From a virus (lineage: Duplodnaviria > Caudoviricetes), in the IMG/VR virus record IMGVR_UViG_3300032038_009890, positions 153,076 through 217,075 of that record: DNA of 64,000 nucleotides; one strand, 5' to 3'. Below, piece after piece: positions 10,119 to 20,852 of this stretch (positions are counted from its first letter, which is position 1; the number at the start of each line of letters is the position of its first letter). Below the pieces are notes generated by a model. That model had not been told where the DNA came from, did not search any database, and saw only the letters and a program-made list of their open reading frames with translations. A program made the translations under genes and the position numbers.

Positions 10119-10805
10119 ATGGCAGTGATGACATATAAGGAACTGAAAAAGCGCGGTCTGAATCACGGCGTTGTATGGTTTGGATATCTCGGTGTCTTAG
10201 AATATTTTATGCCTGATGGGACTTATCTTATAAAGGGTGATTTTGGTAATGGTTCCAGTGAATATTTGAGCATATTAGATTGTTATGAATTAAGTGATGA
10301 TCTTACAATGACAAAGGTATGTTGTGATATTGCTGGCATAAAGTTTAGGGATAGGCAAAATAATATTGTTTTTGCGAAAAATAGTAAAGAATTGATTAAG
10401 TACTGCAAGAATATGCCTATTCGCGTTCCTAGATATAAGGATGTAGGCACTTTGGCCTATAAGCTGTTGCGAGTGAATCAATGGGAATGGGACGAGGTTC
10501 AAAACGAATATGCAATGTGCGTTCTGGAGATTCCGCCCGAGGCAAGGTGTACTAGTCCCTATTTTGGCACAAAGTGCCGTGCAGATATGGCAAAGGTGCG
10601 CGGAATCTGGAAGCTGAATTGGGACGGCTCTTTAGGCGAGAAATTGATTCTCGCCTACTCCCCTTTTATAGAGGGCGCAGATGCGATGTGTTATGTCTTG
10701 GGGATGACAATGATTTCAGAATATAATCCCTCTAGACTTGTGGAGTGTACAAGGGGTATACATTTTTATATGACCAAAGAAGAGGTTCTGAATGTGTATA
10801 AATAG
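10119..10805 (+). CDS. DUF5758-like protein (paralog 4; ends in TAG; start uncertain)
   Basis: KCRADMAKVRGI..VECTRGIHFYMTKEE. Confidence 0.7.
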   Translation: MAVMTYKELKKRGLNHGVVWFGYLGVLEYFMPDGTYLIKGDFGNGSSEYLSILDCYELSDDLTMTKVCCDIAGIKFRDRQNNIVFAKNSKELIKYCKNMPIRVPRYKDVGTLAYKLLRVNQWEWDEVQNEYAMCVLEIPPEARCTSPYFGTKCRADMAKVRGIWKLNWDGSLGEKLILAYSPFIEGADAMCYVLGMTMISEYNPSRLVECTRGIHFYMTKEEVLNVYK

Positions 10806-10948
10806 CTTAGGCCTAGTACGGAGATGAAAAGCAATGTTTGAAAAGGTTAGAGACTAATAGAAAATAATTGCGGCGGGAATATACGTATAGCATTTATTTC
10901 ATTATGAGCAAAGAAGAAATGTATGAAGATGTAATATGAGGAGTAAAT

Positions 10949-12082
10949 ATGTTTAAGTTAAATGATGTGCTTTATGATAATGAAGATAAATCTTTACATG
11001 TATACGCATGGAGAGATTTTTCTAGAAAGTCTTTGCCGTTTGGAGTACATAATGTGCGGCTAAAGAATTGTAGAATTGGCGCAGAGACATTTAAGGGTGC
11101 TAAGTTGGATAATCTTGATGTTATTAACTGTGAGGTTGTACGCCCCGAGAATGATATTAATGAATACATAAATACCATTTGTGGAAATAATACGCCAGAT
11201 GATTGTTTGCTGTATTATCTTTGTAATGGTAATGCTGAGAATGTTTATGGGCACTATTGGATTAGTCAACATTTTTATTCGTATTGCACGACATTTGCGT
11301 CTGGAATGTTTAGCACCAAGAATGCAAAGAGATTCACTGGATATTATGAGGCGGATGTTGAGCTTCCAGAGGATTTGGATCAGCTTGCTATTGTAGATAG
11401 TATTGGGTCTTGTCACTCTAAGGTTATTGTTAAGGCCGATTGTTTTTATGATGAGATTAAGTTGTATTCTGCCGAGTGTATTATTGCAGAGCAAGTGAAT
11501 CCTATTGTTGTATATGTACAAGGTGGTAAGAGGATGTTTTGCGCCGACGTAAGTGCAAAGTTTCCAACTGATGGTGATATTAAGCTGTATAGGACGTTTG
11601 AGGAAGCTAGGAAAAAGAGTGATGAAAGAAAGTTGGTCACTGGTATAGCATTCTTTAATGGGCATGATACTTTGGCGAATATTCTTGCTTATAAGGATAG
11701 GGAGCTTGTTTGTTATAAATTGGTTAAGGCGTCTACTAATGCTGACAGCACGTCCTATAAACAGGCTATAGTAAAGCTTACTATACCTGCAAAAGTAAAG
11801 AAATATGTCTTTAATGGCGGAAAATGTCGTTGTGAAAGTGCATATGTGGATGATATTAAAGTGATTAGTCCTAACGCAAGATCAATCTTTGGTGATAAGA
11901 GAGAAAAGTATTTGTTTTATACGGGAGGCTATAACAAGCTTTTTGATTATACTGAGAATCAAATATACTATAATGTTGGAGAGAATATTCGCGCAGAAAA
12001 ATTTGATAAACGTTATACTCCAAGTGGTGATGGGATAATTTGTTATACTAGTTTGGAAAAAGCTTTGGAGGAAACATTATGA
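10949..12082 (+). CDS. DUF5758-like protein with long N-terminus (paralog 5)
   Basis: GKCRCESAYVDDI..YNVGENI..GIICY. Confidence 0.65.
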   Translation: MFKLNDVLYDNEDKSLHVYAWRDFSRKSLPFGVHNVRLKNCRIGAETFKGAKLDNLDVINCEVVRPENDINEYINTICGNNTPDDCLLYYLCNGNAENVYGHYWISQHFYSYCTTFASGMFSTKNAKRFTGYYEADVELPEDLDQLAIVDSIGSCHSKVIVKADCFYDEIKLYSAECIIAEQVNPIVVYVQGGKRMFCADVSAKFPTDGDIKLYRTFEEARKKSDERKLVTGIAFFNGHDTLANILAYKDRELVCYKLVKASTNADSTSYKQAIVKLTIPAKVKKYVFNGGKCRCESAYVDDIKVISPNARSIFGDKREKYLFYTGGYNKLFDYTENQIYYNVGENIRAEKFDKRYTPSGDGIICYTSLEKALEETL

Positions 12083-12315
12083 TAATATTAAATAAAGTAA
12101 ACAACAAGGGATCTTTAGTCTCGGGAGATAATAACGATTACGATGGTTACCATTCTATAAAGATGTATGTAACCAGGGAACAGATGGATGAGTATATTCG
12201 CGCGAGATTAGACGATGAATCTAAAGAACAATTTAAAGATGCTTGGTTTGTGCCCACAAATGCAGTTCTTTGTATGGATGGCTCTTTGGAAGTAACGTTT
12301 ATTACCGCGATTTGA
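12079..12315 (+). CDS. hypothetical protein
   Basis: ORF overlapping the previous stop, GGAGG SD. Confidence 0.6.
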   Translation: MIILNKVNNKGSLVSGDNNDYDGYHSIKMYVTREQMDEYIRARLDDESKEQFKDAWFVPTNAVLCMDGSLEVTFITAI

Positions 12316-12325
12316 GGGCAAGATA

Positions 12326-12541
12326 ATGTGGTATGATGATTGTTTTAATAGAAGTTATAATACAAAAGGGCTTTTAGATTTTAGTGGACCTAGTCCAGAG
12401 ACGATTCTGCTTCAGCAGAAACTGTTGGAAAATCAAAAAAAGCTAGAAGAGCTTAAGAATGCTAGGCAGGAAGAAATCGAAAAGAGATTGACACGACTTG
12501 AAGGGGCTGTATTTGGTGATGGGAAAGGTATTACCTGGTAA
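12326..12541 (+). CDS. hypothetical coiled-coil protein
   Basis: ORF with SD. Confidence 0.55.
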   Translation: MWYDDCFNRSYNTKGLLDFSGPSPETILLQQKLLENQKKLEELKNARQEEIEKRLTRLEGAVFGDGKGITW

Positions 12542-12553
12542 AGGAAAAATCTT

Positions 12554-12694
12554 ATGGGTATTTTAGATATTGTAACTATTGTATTAATAGTGCTTAAAGC
12601 ACTTAATATTGTGGAGCTTAGTTGGCTCCAAGTGTTTCTGCCGCTGATTATTGAGGTGTGCTTAGCACTGCTAGTTGAGATTTTAAAACATTAA
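12554..12694 (+). CDS. small membrane protein
   Basis: MGILDIVTIVLIVLKALNIVELSWLQVFLPL; two hydrophobic helices. Confidence 0.6.
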   Translation: MGILDIVTIVLIVLKALNIVELSWLQVFLPLIIEVCLALLVEILKH

Positions 12695-13023
12695 TGAAAT
12701 GGTTTGAGATGGAGACCCGTTTTGGAGATTTTCGTATCTGCATTGATAAGGATGGGTTCGTATGGTTCTGCGCCATGGATGTAATTAAGTATCTAGGTAT
12801 TTCTAATTTTGTAGTTGTAAGTAGATATTTGAAGAACTACATGGCGCAGGATTGGGTATATGAGAAAAATCCATATAAGATGCAGGTGTTTGATGGGTGC
12901 GATGTCCCTTGTTTTTATGATGATTTTGTTTGGTATATTTGTATATATCTTGGAATGTATTCTTTTGCGGAGTTTATTGAGAAGGAAATGCCGATGGTCA
13001 TCGATAAGACTTGGATTGAATGA
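12694..13023 (+). CDS. Bro-N domain protein
   Basis: FGDFRICIDKDGFVWFCAMDVIKYLG. Confidence 0.65.
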   Translation: MKWFEMETRFGDFRICIDKDGFVWFCAMDVIKYLGISNFVVVSRYLKNYMAQDWVYEKNPYKMQVFDGCDVPCFYDDFVWYICIYLGMYSFAEFIEKEMPMVIDKTWIE

Positions 13024-13029
13024 AAGGAT

Positions 13030-16000
13030 GTGATTAATATAGGACTTTATGGGTGGTATATAAATATATACAAAGCGGCAACTGTAGTAGGAGTAATGCT
13101 TGGTGTAAGAGATGGTTATGATAGTACCAAGGCAATGTTTCATCATAGTTTGTTTTCTGATTGGTTACATGAGAATGGAATGAAAACAGACAAAAGAGAC
13201 GAATCTACACGTGATATTATTTGTATGGATTATCAATTTGGATTACGTAGCTACGAGGAAGAAAAGTCACATATAAAAGAACTTAGAAAAAAAGCCCAGA
13301 AGATTGAAAATGAAAATGAAAGGAATGAAAGACTAAATGTTATAAATGATATAGAATTAAAAATAGATAGTCGCAAAGATAATTACCATAAAATGAGCAA
13401 AGATGAAGTAAGAGAATACACTTATGTAAATGGTATTTATATTGATTATCCTCAATTTGATAAAAAGAAAAATATTATTGGTTATGAAAGAATTTACTAT
13501 AAATATTTATACCGAAATCCTTCTATGGCTAAAGTAGGAAAAAATATTTGGATTAATGCCGAATTATATGATAAAGCATATGAGCATATTACAATGGGTA
13601 TTGGTTCTAAAATGCCATTGCATAATGCAAAGATAACTGAAATAAGTGCCTACGCTTCTCTACTTGCTTCATCAATTGAAGGATCTATTGTGATACCGGT
13701 TGAGAACATTCTTATTCTTCAAGATGTAGATAGTTTTTATAAAACCGTAGCTGATGTAATTAGAACCGAAGAATATAAAGTGTACGAAGGTGCAAAGTAT
13801 GGATGTTTGTCCAACCTAGTAACAAAAAAGAAATGTGTGATTAGTAGAGAAGATACCGAGGTAATGAACGAACTTTTTGATGGACAGGCCTTGATAGAAA
13901 CGTCAATTACACCAGATTGGTGTAATGGAATGTTATTGCTTAGAAATCATTTTTTTAAAGCGTGTGCATTTAAAACTAAAATCCAATTATTTATAAAAGA
14001 GTATTGTGAAGAGCGTGGTATAGACTATGATACTTTTGAAGTAGAAGATATGTTTGGTCGTAAACTTGCAAAGAATATACAAATGATCACATCTAATAAT
14101 GCGATTAAGTATTTGAAGTTTAAAGACATACTTGGAGGTACTGCATTATCAGCATATGAATATTGGTGCAATTGGGTAAAAAATGATGGTGATATATTTG
14201 GAATAGTTAAAACAGATCATGTTTCACATTATGGCATACTCCAGAGGTGTAGTTATCAATTTCTAAACTCATTGCCAACAACAAAAAAAGATATGGAAGG
14301 TATAGTTGATACTACTATAAAGTATGTCGAAAATCTCAAAAAGGATACTAGCAGTTTTGTAGAGTACTTAAGACAAAATGCAAACTATGTAAATAGTTAC
14401 GAAATGCTTGCATCATTATATGAGTGGAATAATGGTATAGGTAGAACAAAATTATTTAAAACACAAAAAAGAAAAATAATAAATGAATATGTAAATGTTT
14501 TAAAAAAAGGAAAGATTTTACAATACGGAGATAATTTAACCGTATTGGGAAACCCATATGCAATGTTGTTATATGCTGTTGGAGAAAACTGGGAAAATGA
14601 CCCAACTCTTGGACCAGAAGAGGGTGTTATTCAAGTATATACAAAACGCTTTAATGACGGGGAATATTTATGTGGTATAAGGTCGCCACAGAATGGCCCA
14701 TCTAATTTGGGATATTTTCATAATGTTAGGCACCCGTTGATGGAGAAATATTTTGATTTTAGTCCCAACATTATGGCTGTGAACTGTATCCATACAGATG
14801 TACAGGCTAGGCAAAATGGTGAAGATTTTGACTCAGACTTTAATTTTGTAACTAATCAGCCAGAAATGGTGAAGGCTGTAAAGAAAGCTTATGAATTATA
14901 TCCTACTGTTGTAAATATGGTTCCAGAAAGCAGTACTTCGTATGATAACACAATGAAAGATTATGCCATAATGGATTCTAAGATGCAATCAGCGCAAAAG
15001 GCAATTGGTGGTGCGTCTGATACAGCACAACTAGCACTTAGTTATTATTATGATAGAATTGAGAAAGGAATTGATGATGAGGTAACGAAACAATTATATG
15101 AAAATGTTTGCATCCTTGCTGTGTTGGCTTAACTAAATGGGTCAGTTCTAGAGAAATCTAGTTCTAAAAATATTCGGTGAATTCTGGGAAGGTTTGAAAT
15201 TTATTACATTAGCAAGGAGAAAATAATGAATACTAACGATAGAACATTTACGTTATATATGATGACGTTTCCTGACAAAAAAGTTTATATTGGGATTACA
15301 AGTCAAAATCTATCTAGAAGATTTGGGTATAAAGGTTCTGCTTATAAAATGCAACCAGTATATGAAGCAATTCAGAAGTTTGGCTGGGATAATATTAAGA
15401 AAGAAGTAATTGAAGAAAATCTTAGTGTGGAAGAAGCTAAGAAAAAAGAGCAAGAATATATTGAATTGTATCAAAGTAAAAATGGCGTATACAATAAGTC
15501 AAAAGGAGGAGAATGTGGTTCTTTAATTACTGCAAAGTTTGAAGTGGACGGAGAAGTATATGATTCTCATGAATTAGCTGAAATGGCTTTGGCAGAAGGT
15601 GTTGATTATCATGATATTACTACAAGGATTAATCAGCATGGGTGGTCTTTAGAAAAAGCACTTACTAAAGAAAAGATGAAGAAAAATCAAAAAAGTGGAA
15701 TACAAAGGCAATTTGTATTCGTTTAATGAATTGATTCAATTTTCAACAGTAGATGGATTGACAGTAGATGATTTGTATACAAGAATTAATCACCATGGAT
15801 GGGATGTTGAAAGAGCTTTGACACAATCCAAAGATGTTAAACTTCAACCAAAAGGCGTTGGTGAAAGAAAATATTTCTATAATGGAAAATGGTGTAATTC
15901 ATACGATTTGTTTTTATTAAGGAAAGATGAACGTATTAAACAAAGCGATATTGTATCAAGAATAGAACGTTCAAAATGGGATATTGAAAAAGCAATATCA

Positions 16001-17059
16001 TACCCGCCCAAAAATATGAATAATAAATATATGTATAATGGGAAATATTATACATCTAAAGAATTAGAAGCGTTATGCCCAAATGGATTACAATATAATA
16101 CGATTGTATCTAGAATATAATCAGGATGGTCTGTTGAAGATGCCGTAAATCTTCCGGCGAATGAAAAACCTGACAAATTAAGTAAAAATTAATAATATTT
16201 ATCAAACTAACCCAGAGCCAAGATTGTGAAGTTGAAATGTAACAATAAGGCGTAGAGACTAGAAAGGTGACTAGACAAAGAATAATCCTTTCCACGAGTG
16301 CCGAACATCTAACCAGATAATGCTGAAGATGAAGATATAGTCCGATACTCCAGAGTATTTGGAGACGCCCAAGATAAAGAGCTTGGGATATAACATATGC
16401 AATTAGCAATAGATGGATGTAAAAAGATTTTTGATATAGATGTAAATGATGAAATAAAACGTATACGCGCGCAGGAATGTATGAATAGAGAGAAAGATTT
16501 TCCTAAGTTTATGGCGTATACGCATAAGATTCCTGTTACCAAAAATGGGAAAGATCGTCCTTATGAAGATATTCAAAAAGACAAAAAAAGAGTCCAAGAA
16601 AGAATAGATGAAACAATCGAATGCCCAATGAATTGGATGCATGATTGTTTAGATAAAATTCAAGGTGCTGAGCATGAAAGTAATATTGATACACTAGAAT
16701 TTTTAATTGATAAGCCAACAAAAAGAGTTGATCCTCGTCAAATGAATAAAGTAAGAGATATTATTGAAAAATATGATAGTCTTGTTAGGCATTATATTGC
16801 TACAAATAATAACGAAGATGACGGGATTGACGAAATTGATCAACTTCAAAAAGCGACGGATGAAGTAGTTGAAGCTGTTTCAAAGATAAAAATGTCCCAA
16901 GCAACTATGTTTAGATTAATTCAAACATGTTTAGGATATGAGGGACGTGTTAATAAGAATAAGTCATATAAGAATGCTACAAAATATGCAATTAGAACTA
17001 TGAATATTCTATATAAATCAAACCCGGAACGATTTTTATCATGTTTTAAAAAGGGATAA
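13030..17059 (+). CDS. yonO: YonO-type single-subunit DNA-dependent RNA polymerase; join(13030..15129,16400..17059)
   Basis: LFDGQALI, LRNHFFKAC, RSPQN, catalytic NGEDFDSD; spliced junction reads ILAVLA|QLAIDGCKK; SPbeta-like synteny with HU, YonK- and YonJ-like genes. Confidence 0.85.
15130..16399 (+). ncRNA. group I intron in the RNA polymerase gene (1270 nt)
   Basis: 5' splice site after U (TGGCT|TAA), P1 UGGCU/GGUCA with U-G pair, P7 GAGACTA/TAGTCC, terminal G (CATATG|CAA); removal restores the frame. Confidence 0.9.
15226..16193 (+). pseudogene. intron-encoded GIY-YIG homing endonuclease, apparently degenerate
   Basis: FTLY..KVYIGIT..RF motif; +1 frameshift in the A-run near 15690 and a premature TAA at 16118-16120, after which the RI..GWS.E.A repeat continues. 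Confidence 0.75.
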
Positions 17060-17219
17060 CGTGTAGCAAGTCAATTATAGAATTCGAAAAAGCCAAGAAA
17101 ACATTATAATATAAACACGCATCACAAACGTCTATATAATGAAGGATAATTACATCCTTCCTCTGACAAGAATCAGAGAGTAATTAGATTATTATAGGAT
17201 TAAAAGGAGAAATAAAAAA

Positions 17220-17492
17220 ATGTTAAAGAATGATTATATTAAAGCTGTTGCCGAGAAGACTGGCCGCACCCAGAAGGACGTCAGGGAGATTATTGATGGA
17301 GGCTATGAGGTGCTGTGCGAGAATGTTGTAAATGAGCCTGTAAAGATCATGGATGCTATTACTGTTGAGTGTGTAGAGCGCGCTCCGCATACTTCACGGA
17401 ATCCTAAGACTGGAGAGGCTGTTGAAGTCCCGGCAAAGAGGGTTCCGCATGTAAAGATTGGAAAGAATCTGAAGGACCGCGTTAGTTATTGA
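17220..17492 (+). CDS. hup: HU-family DNA-binding protein (YonN-like)
   Basis: [33 protein letters not shown]. Confidence 0.9.
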   Translation: MLKNDYIKAVAEKTGRTQKDVREIIDGGYEVLCENVVNEPVKIMDAITVECVERAPHTSRNPKTGEAVEVPAKRVPHVKIGKNLKDRVSY

Positions 17493-17524
17493 TTATGATG
17501 TGACATTAAGAATAATATTAGTCA

Positions 17525-17562
17525 AAGGGGATGAGTTTTAGAAAGACTTATCCCCTTTTTTT
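17525..17562 (+). terminator. intrinsic terminator
   Basis: AAGGGGATGAGT..ACTTATCCCCTT hairpin followed by a T-run. Confidence 0.8.
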
Positions 17563-17614
17563 AGCGTTTTGAGTTAATGCAAGATAACATAATTTAATAC
17601 TATAGTTAGGAACG

Positions 17615-18445
17615 ATGATGGAAACTGAGAAGATTTATAAAGGATATAAGAGGATCGTTGGTGATTCTGCTTATATCAACGAATATATGGATAATATTGA
17701 TTGCAACGAGTGGAATATCAATGAGTATCTAATTATAGAGAATACAGATTTAGATGATAAGAATAAAGAAACTGAAATGCGGTGGGATGGCGAGAAGTTT
17801 GTCACGCTGAAGTTGCCGCCGCAGAAATATATAAAAGGGCGGAATGCGCTCCAGAGGTGTGCATTGGATATGTTGAATAACCCAGACATAACTATTTGTG
17901 TTTTGCTAGGGGTTCCCGGAAGTGGAAAAACGAAAATCGCCACGAGTATGAGTCTTTATGCTGTCAGAGAAAAAGGTTGGCAGTCTAAGATTTGTTTTGT
18001 GCGGGAACCTTGGGGAGAAGGCAGATCTATGGGATATCTTAAGGGAGATTTCTCAGAGAAGAATGCCGTATGGGAATTACCTATAATTCAACAATTTGAT
18101 GGACAGGAATTTGAAGTAGATCGTCTGAAACAACAAGGTATAATTGAATTTAATATACCTACTTATATGAAAGGACTAAGTTTTCCTAGTGAGATTGTAG
18201 TTGTGGACGAAAGTGAAGATATGAGTGAGAAACAATTACGATTGATTGGTACTCGTGTTGGAGAAGATGGAAGAATATTCTTTGCGGGAGATATTAAGCA
18301 GAGTCTATTGGATGCTTCTTCTCAGAATCCTTTAATTAAGATGTGTAACTATTTTAAGGGGAATCCCATGTTTGGATGTATTTGGCTTGATGAGGATGTT
18401 AGGTCTGAGACAAGTAAACTATTTGCGAATATGTATTTTGATTGA
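17615..18445 (+). CDS. phoH: PhoH-family ATPase
   Basis: GVPGSGKT, MGYLKG, MKGLSF, VVDESED, TRVGE, GDIKQ. Confidence 0.9.
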   Translation: MMETEKIYKGYKRIVGDSAYINEYMDNIDCNEWNINEYLIIENTDLDDKNKETEMRWDGEKFVTLKLPPQKYIKGRNALQRCALDMLNNPDITICVLLGVPGSGKTKIATSMSLYAVREKGWQSKICFVREPWGEGRSMGYLKGDFSEKNAVWELPIIQQFDGQEFEVDRLKQQGIIEFNIPTYMKGLSFPSEIVVVDESEDMSEKQLRLIGTRVGEDGRIFFAGDIKQSLLDASSQNPLIKMCNYFKGNPMFGCIWLDEDVRSETSKLFANMYFD

Positions 18446-18593
18446 GGTGGATATGAATAAGTTTGATAAAGAATACTTTACTGAGCATACATCTGAAAAA
18501 GAATATTTAATGAGTTTAGGGATTAAACAATCATTTGTAAAAGTAATAAACGAAGTTATATTTTAAGGACAATATGATTAAAAGGAGTTAATT

Positions 18594-18905
18594 ATGGAAA
18601 TTTCTAATAATAATGCAATGTTTTTAGAGAATACTGATACTGTAGCAGAAGATACTGCTGAGAAGATGGAAGTCTATACGATTATTAACCCTGCCGTTGC
18701 TAGGCCTCTGATCAGGATGAGGGCAAAAGACGGCAAGAGCATGAAGCACAATCTGATTGATATTAGCCCGAATAAGGATAATCGAAACAGTTCTGTGTGG
18801 GTGTTTGAGGATTCGCTTGCACTTAGGAAGGACCTGCTTGCGATTACGAAAGCGCACAAGCGCGCCAAGGCTGAGCAGGAGAAGAAGCAAGAGAAGGAGG
18901 ACTAA
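18594..18905 (+). CDS. hypothetical protein (DUF5659-like)
   Basis: LIDISPNKDNRNSSVWVFEDS. Confidence 0.55.
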   Translation: MEISNNNAMFLENTDTVAEDTAEKMEVYTIINPAVARPLIRMRAKDGKSMKHNLIDISPNKDNRNSSVWVFEDSLALRKDLLAITKAHKRAKAEQEKKQEKED

Positions 18906-18909
18906 TACT

Positions 18910-19521
18910 ATGGACCTTCTGGAATTGACAAGTAATACGTCTGATGAGTTTTATAATGAGATAATGCGAAATTGTCTAGATAACAGGGTCCTCGTATTTA
19001 ATCGTTCTGTAGATGAAAGCCTGATTGAGGATATGATTTTGTATATTCTCAAGTGGAATAGAGATGATAAGGATGTGCCGAAGGAAAAGCGCAAGCCTAT
19101 TACAATTTTAATTCACTCTCCCGGCGGAGAAGTGTTCTCAGGGAATGCGTTTGTTAATGTATTACTTGCAAGTGAAACACCTACCCGCGCAGTGGGTATT
19201 GGTATTGTAGCTTCTGCGGCATTTGATATCTTCTTAGCGTGTGATGAAAGGATTTGTTGGAGTCGTAGTATATTCCTTATTCATGATGGAGCGCTAGATA
19301 TTTCAACATCTTCCAAAAAAATGCGTGACGTTGTTACATTTTTTACGGAATCTATGGTCCAAAAAGATAAGGATTTTATTCTGTCTAGGACTAATATGGA
19401 TGAAGATTTTTATAATGATATTTATGGCGAAGAATTCTACTTTTATGCGGATAAAGCGAAAGAATATGGTGTTGTTCACAAGATTATTGGAGAAGATTGT
19501 GATTTGAGTTATATACTATGA
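18910..19521 (+). CDS. clpP: ClpP-like protease
   Basis: ITILIHSPGG, VASAA (Ser), LIHDG (His), AKEYGVVHKI. Confidence 0.85.
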   Translation: MDLLELTSNTSDEFYNEIMRNCLDNRVLVFNRSVDESLIEDMILYILKWNRDDKDVPKEKRKPITILIHSPGGEVFSGNAFVNVLLASETPTRAVGIGIVASAAFDIFLACDERICWSRSIFLIHDGALDISTSSKKMRDVVTFFTESMVQKDKDFILSRTNMDEDFYNDIYGEEFYFYADKAKEYGVVHKIIGEDCDLSYIL

Positions 19522-19539
19522 AAGAATATAATATATATC

Positions 19540-20460
19540 ATGGATGATATTTGTGGAATTTATCAAATAAAGAATATTGTAAATGGAAAAGTATATATTG
19601 GGAGTTCTAAGCGAATTGGATCAAGATGGAAAGACCATATTAGAATGTTGAACAATAATAAACATCATAGTTTGCATTTACAATCAGCTTGGAATATGTA
19701 TGGGCCAGATAATTTTGAGTTTTCTGTATTAGAGAAGTGTTCTGTTGATGAGATATTTAAAAGAGAACAATATTACATTGACAAGACAAAGTGTTATGAT
19801 ATGGAATATGGTTATAATATTATGAGAACAGCAGGAGAATATGATAGAGTACAAACCGACATTAATAATTCCATTGCTCATAAAAATAAACCAAAATTAA
19901 ATCAGCTAACTCCTCAAGCGAGACACACTGAAGAACAAGTTAAAAGAATAATTAATTTACTGTTGGATAATAAACTTAGTTGCGCAAAAATAGCGGAACT
20001 TGAAAATGTAAATGAGCAAATAGTAAAAAATATTCTTTACAAACATAATTGGAAATATCTTACGTATGAAATAGAATTTCCGAAGCGAGAAGGAAAGAAA
20101 AAAGATTCTCGTGCAAAGTTAACTGATGAAGATGTTGTAAATATATGTGAATTATTAATGAGTGGCGAAACATCTAGAAGTGTTGCTGAAAAATATGGTG
20201 TAACATATCAAGCAATAGATAAAATTCGTGAACATAAGAATTTCAAATATATTACTGAAAAATATGATTTTCCTCCATCGGTTGGAAGTGGAACGAGAAA
20301 ATTAACTCGTGATGATGTTGTTGATATTTTGAAAATGTCTAAGAATGGATGCACAGTAACTCAGATAATGGATAAATATACAAATATCAAATCCAGAAGT
20401 ACAATTACTAATATATTGGCGAATTCTACATGGAAAGAGATTGATAGGAATTCGATTTAA
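19540..20460 (+). CDS. free-standing GIY-YIG endonuclease with repeated HTH modules
   Basis: CGIYQIKN..KVYIGSS..RW..H; three KLT..DV..I repeats. Confidence 0.85.
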   Translation: MDDICGIYQIKNIVNGKVYIGSSKRIGSRWKDHIRMLNNNKHHSLHLQSAWNMYGPDNFEFSVLEKCSVDEIFKREQYYIDKTKCYDMEYGYNIMRTAGEYDRVQTDINNSIAHKNKPKLNQLTPQARHTEEQVKRIINLLLDNKLSCAKIAELENVNEQIVKNILYKHNWKYLTYEIEFPKREGKKKDSRAKLTDEDVVNICELLMSGETSRSVAEKYGVTYQAIDKIREHKNFKYITEKYDFPPSVGSGTRKLTRDDVVDILKMSKNGCTVTQIMDKYTNIKSRSTITNILANSTWKEIDRNSI

Positions 20461-20639
20461 AATGATTAGCATTACTTTTTTTAGACGGCAAAAGTGTTAC
20501 GTATGATCGAGATGAGCATATTGAATATGAATATGATAAGCTGTTTTCTATTATGAAATATAATGAACAATGGATTTTGTTATATAACATTAGTTATATT
20601 AGAAGTATTCAGATATATAAATGAGTAAAAGGAGATAAA

Positions 20640-20852
20640 ATGGCAAATTATACTTATAATCGTAAGACTGTAGATAAACTGAATGTTAAAGGGACTTTGT
20701 CCGAGGATTTGAGCAAGATTTCCTGCACTGATAAAGATGGCAATGATTTTGATGTGATGGTGCGCGACTGTCTGGAGCATTTTTCTGGCGAGTTGATCAC
20801 GTTTAGCATCACGCTGTCTAAGGATGAGGATTTGCTTGATGATGATATCTGA
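20640..20852 (+). CDS. YonK-like small protein
   Basis: KLNVKGTL..LEHFSGELITFSI; position before a YonJ-like gene. Confidence 0.6.
   Translation: MANYTYNRKTVDKLNVKGTLSEDLSKISCTDKDGNDFDVMVRDCLEHFSGELITFSITLSKDEDLLDDDI

Noticed and set aside
16397-17059. Stand-alone 220-aa gene (two-subunit polymerase)
   Set aside because: Its ATG is the last three bases of the intron; splicing joins it in frame to exon 1.
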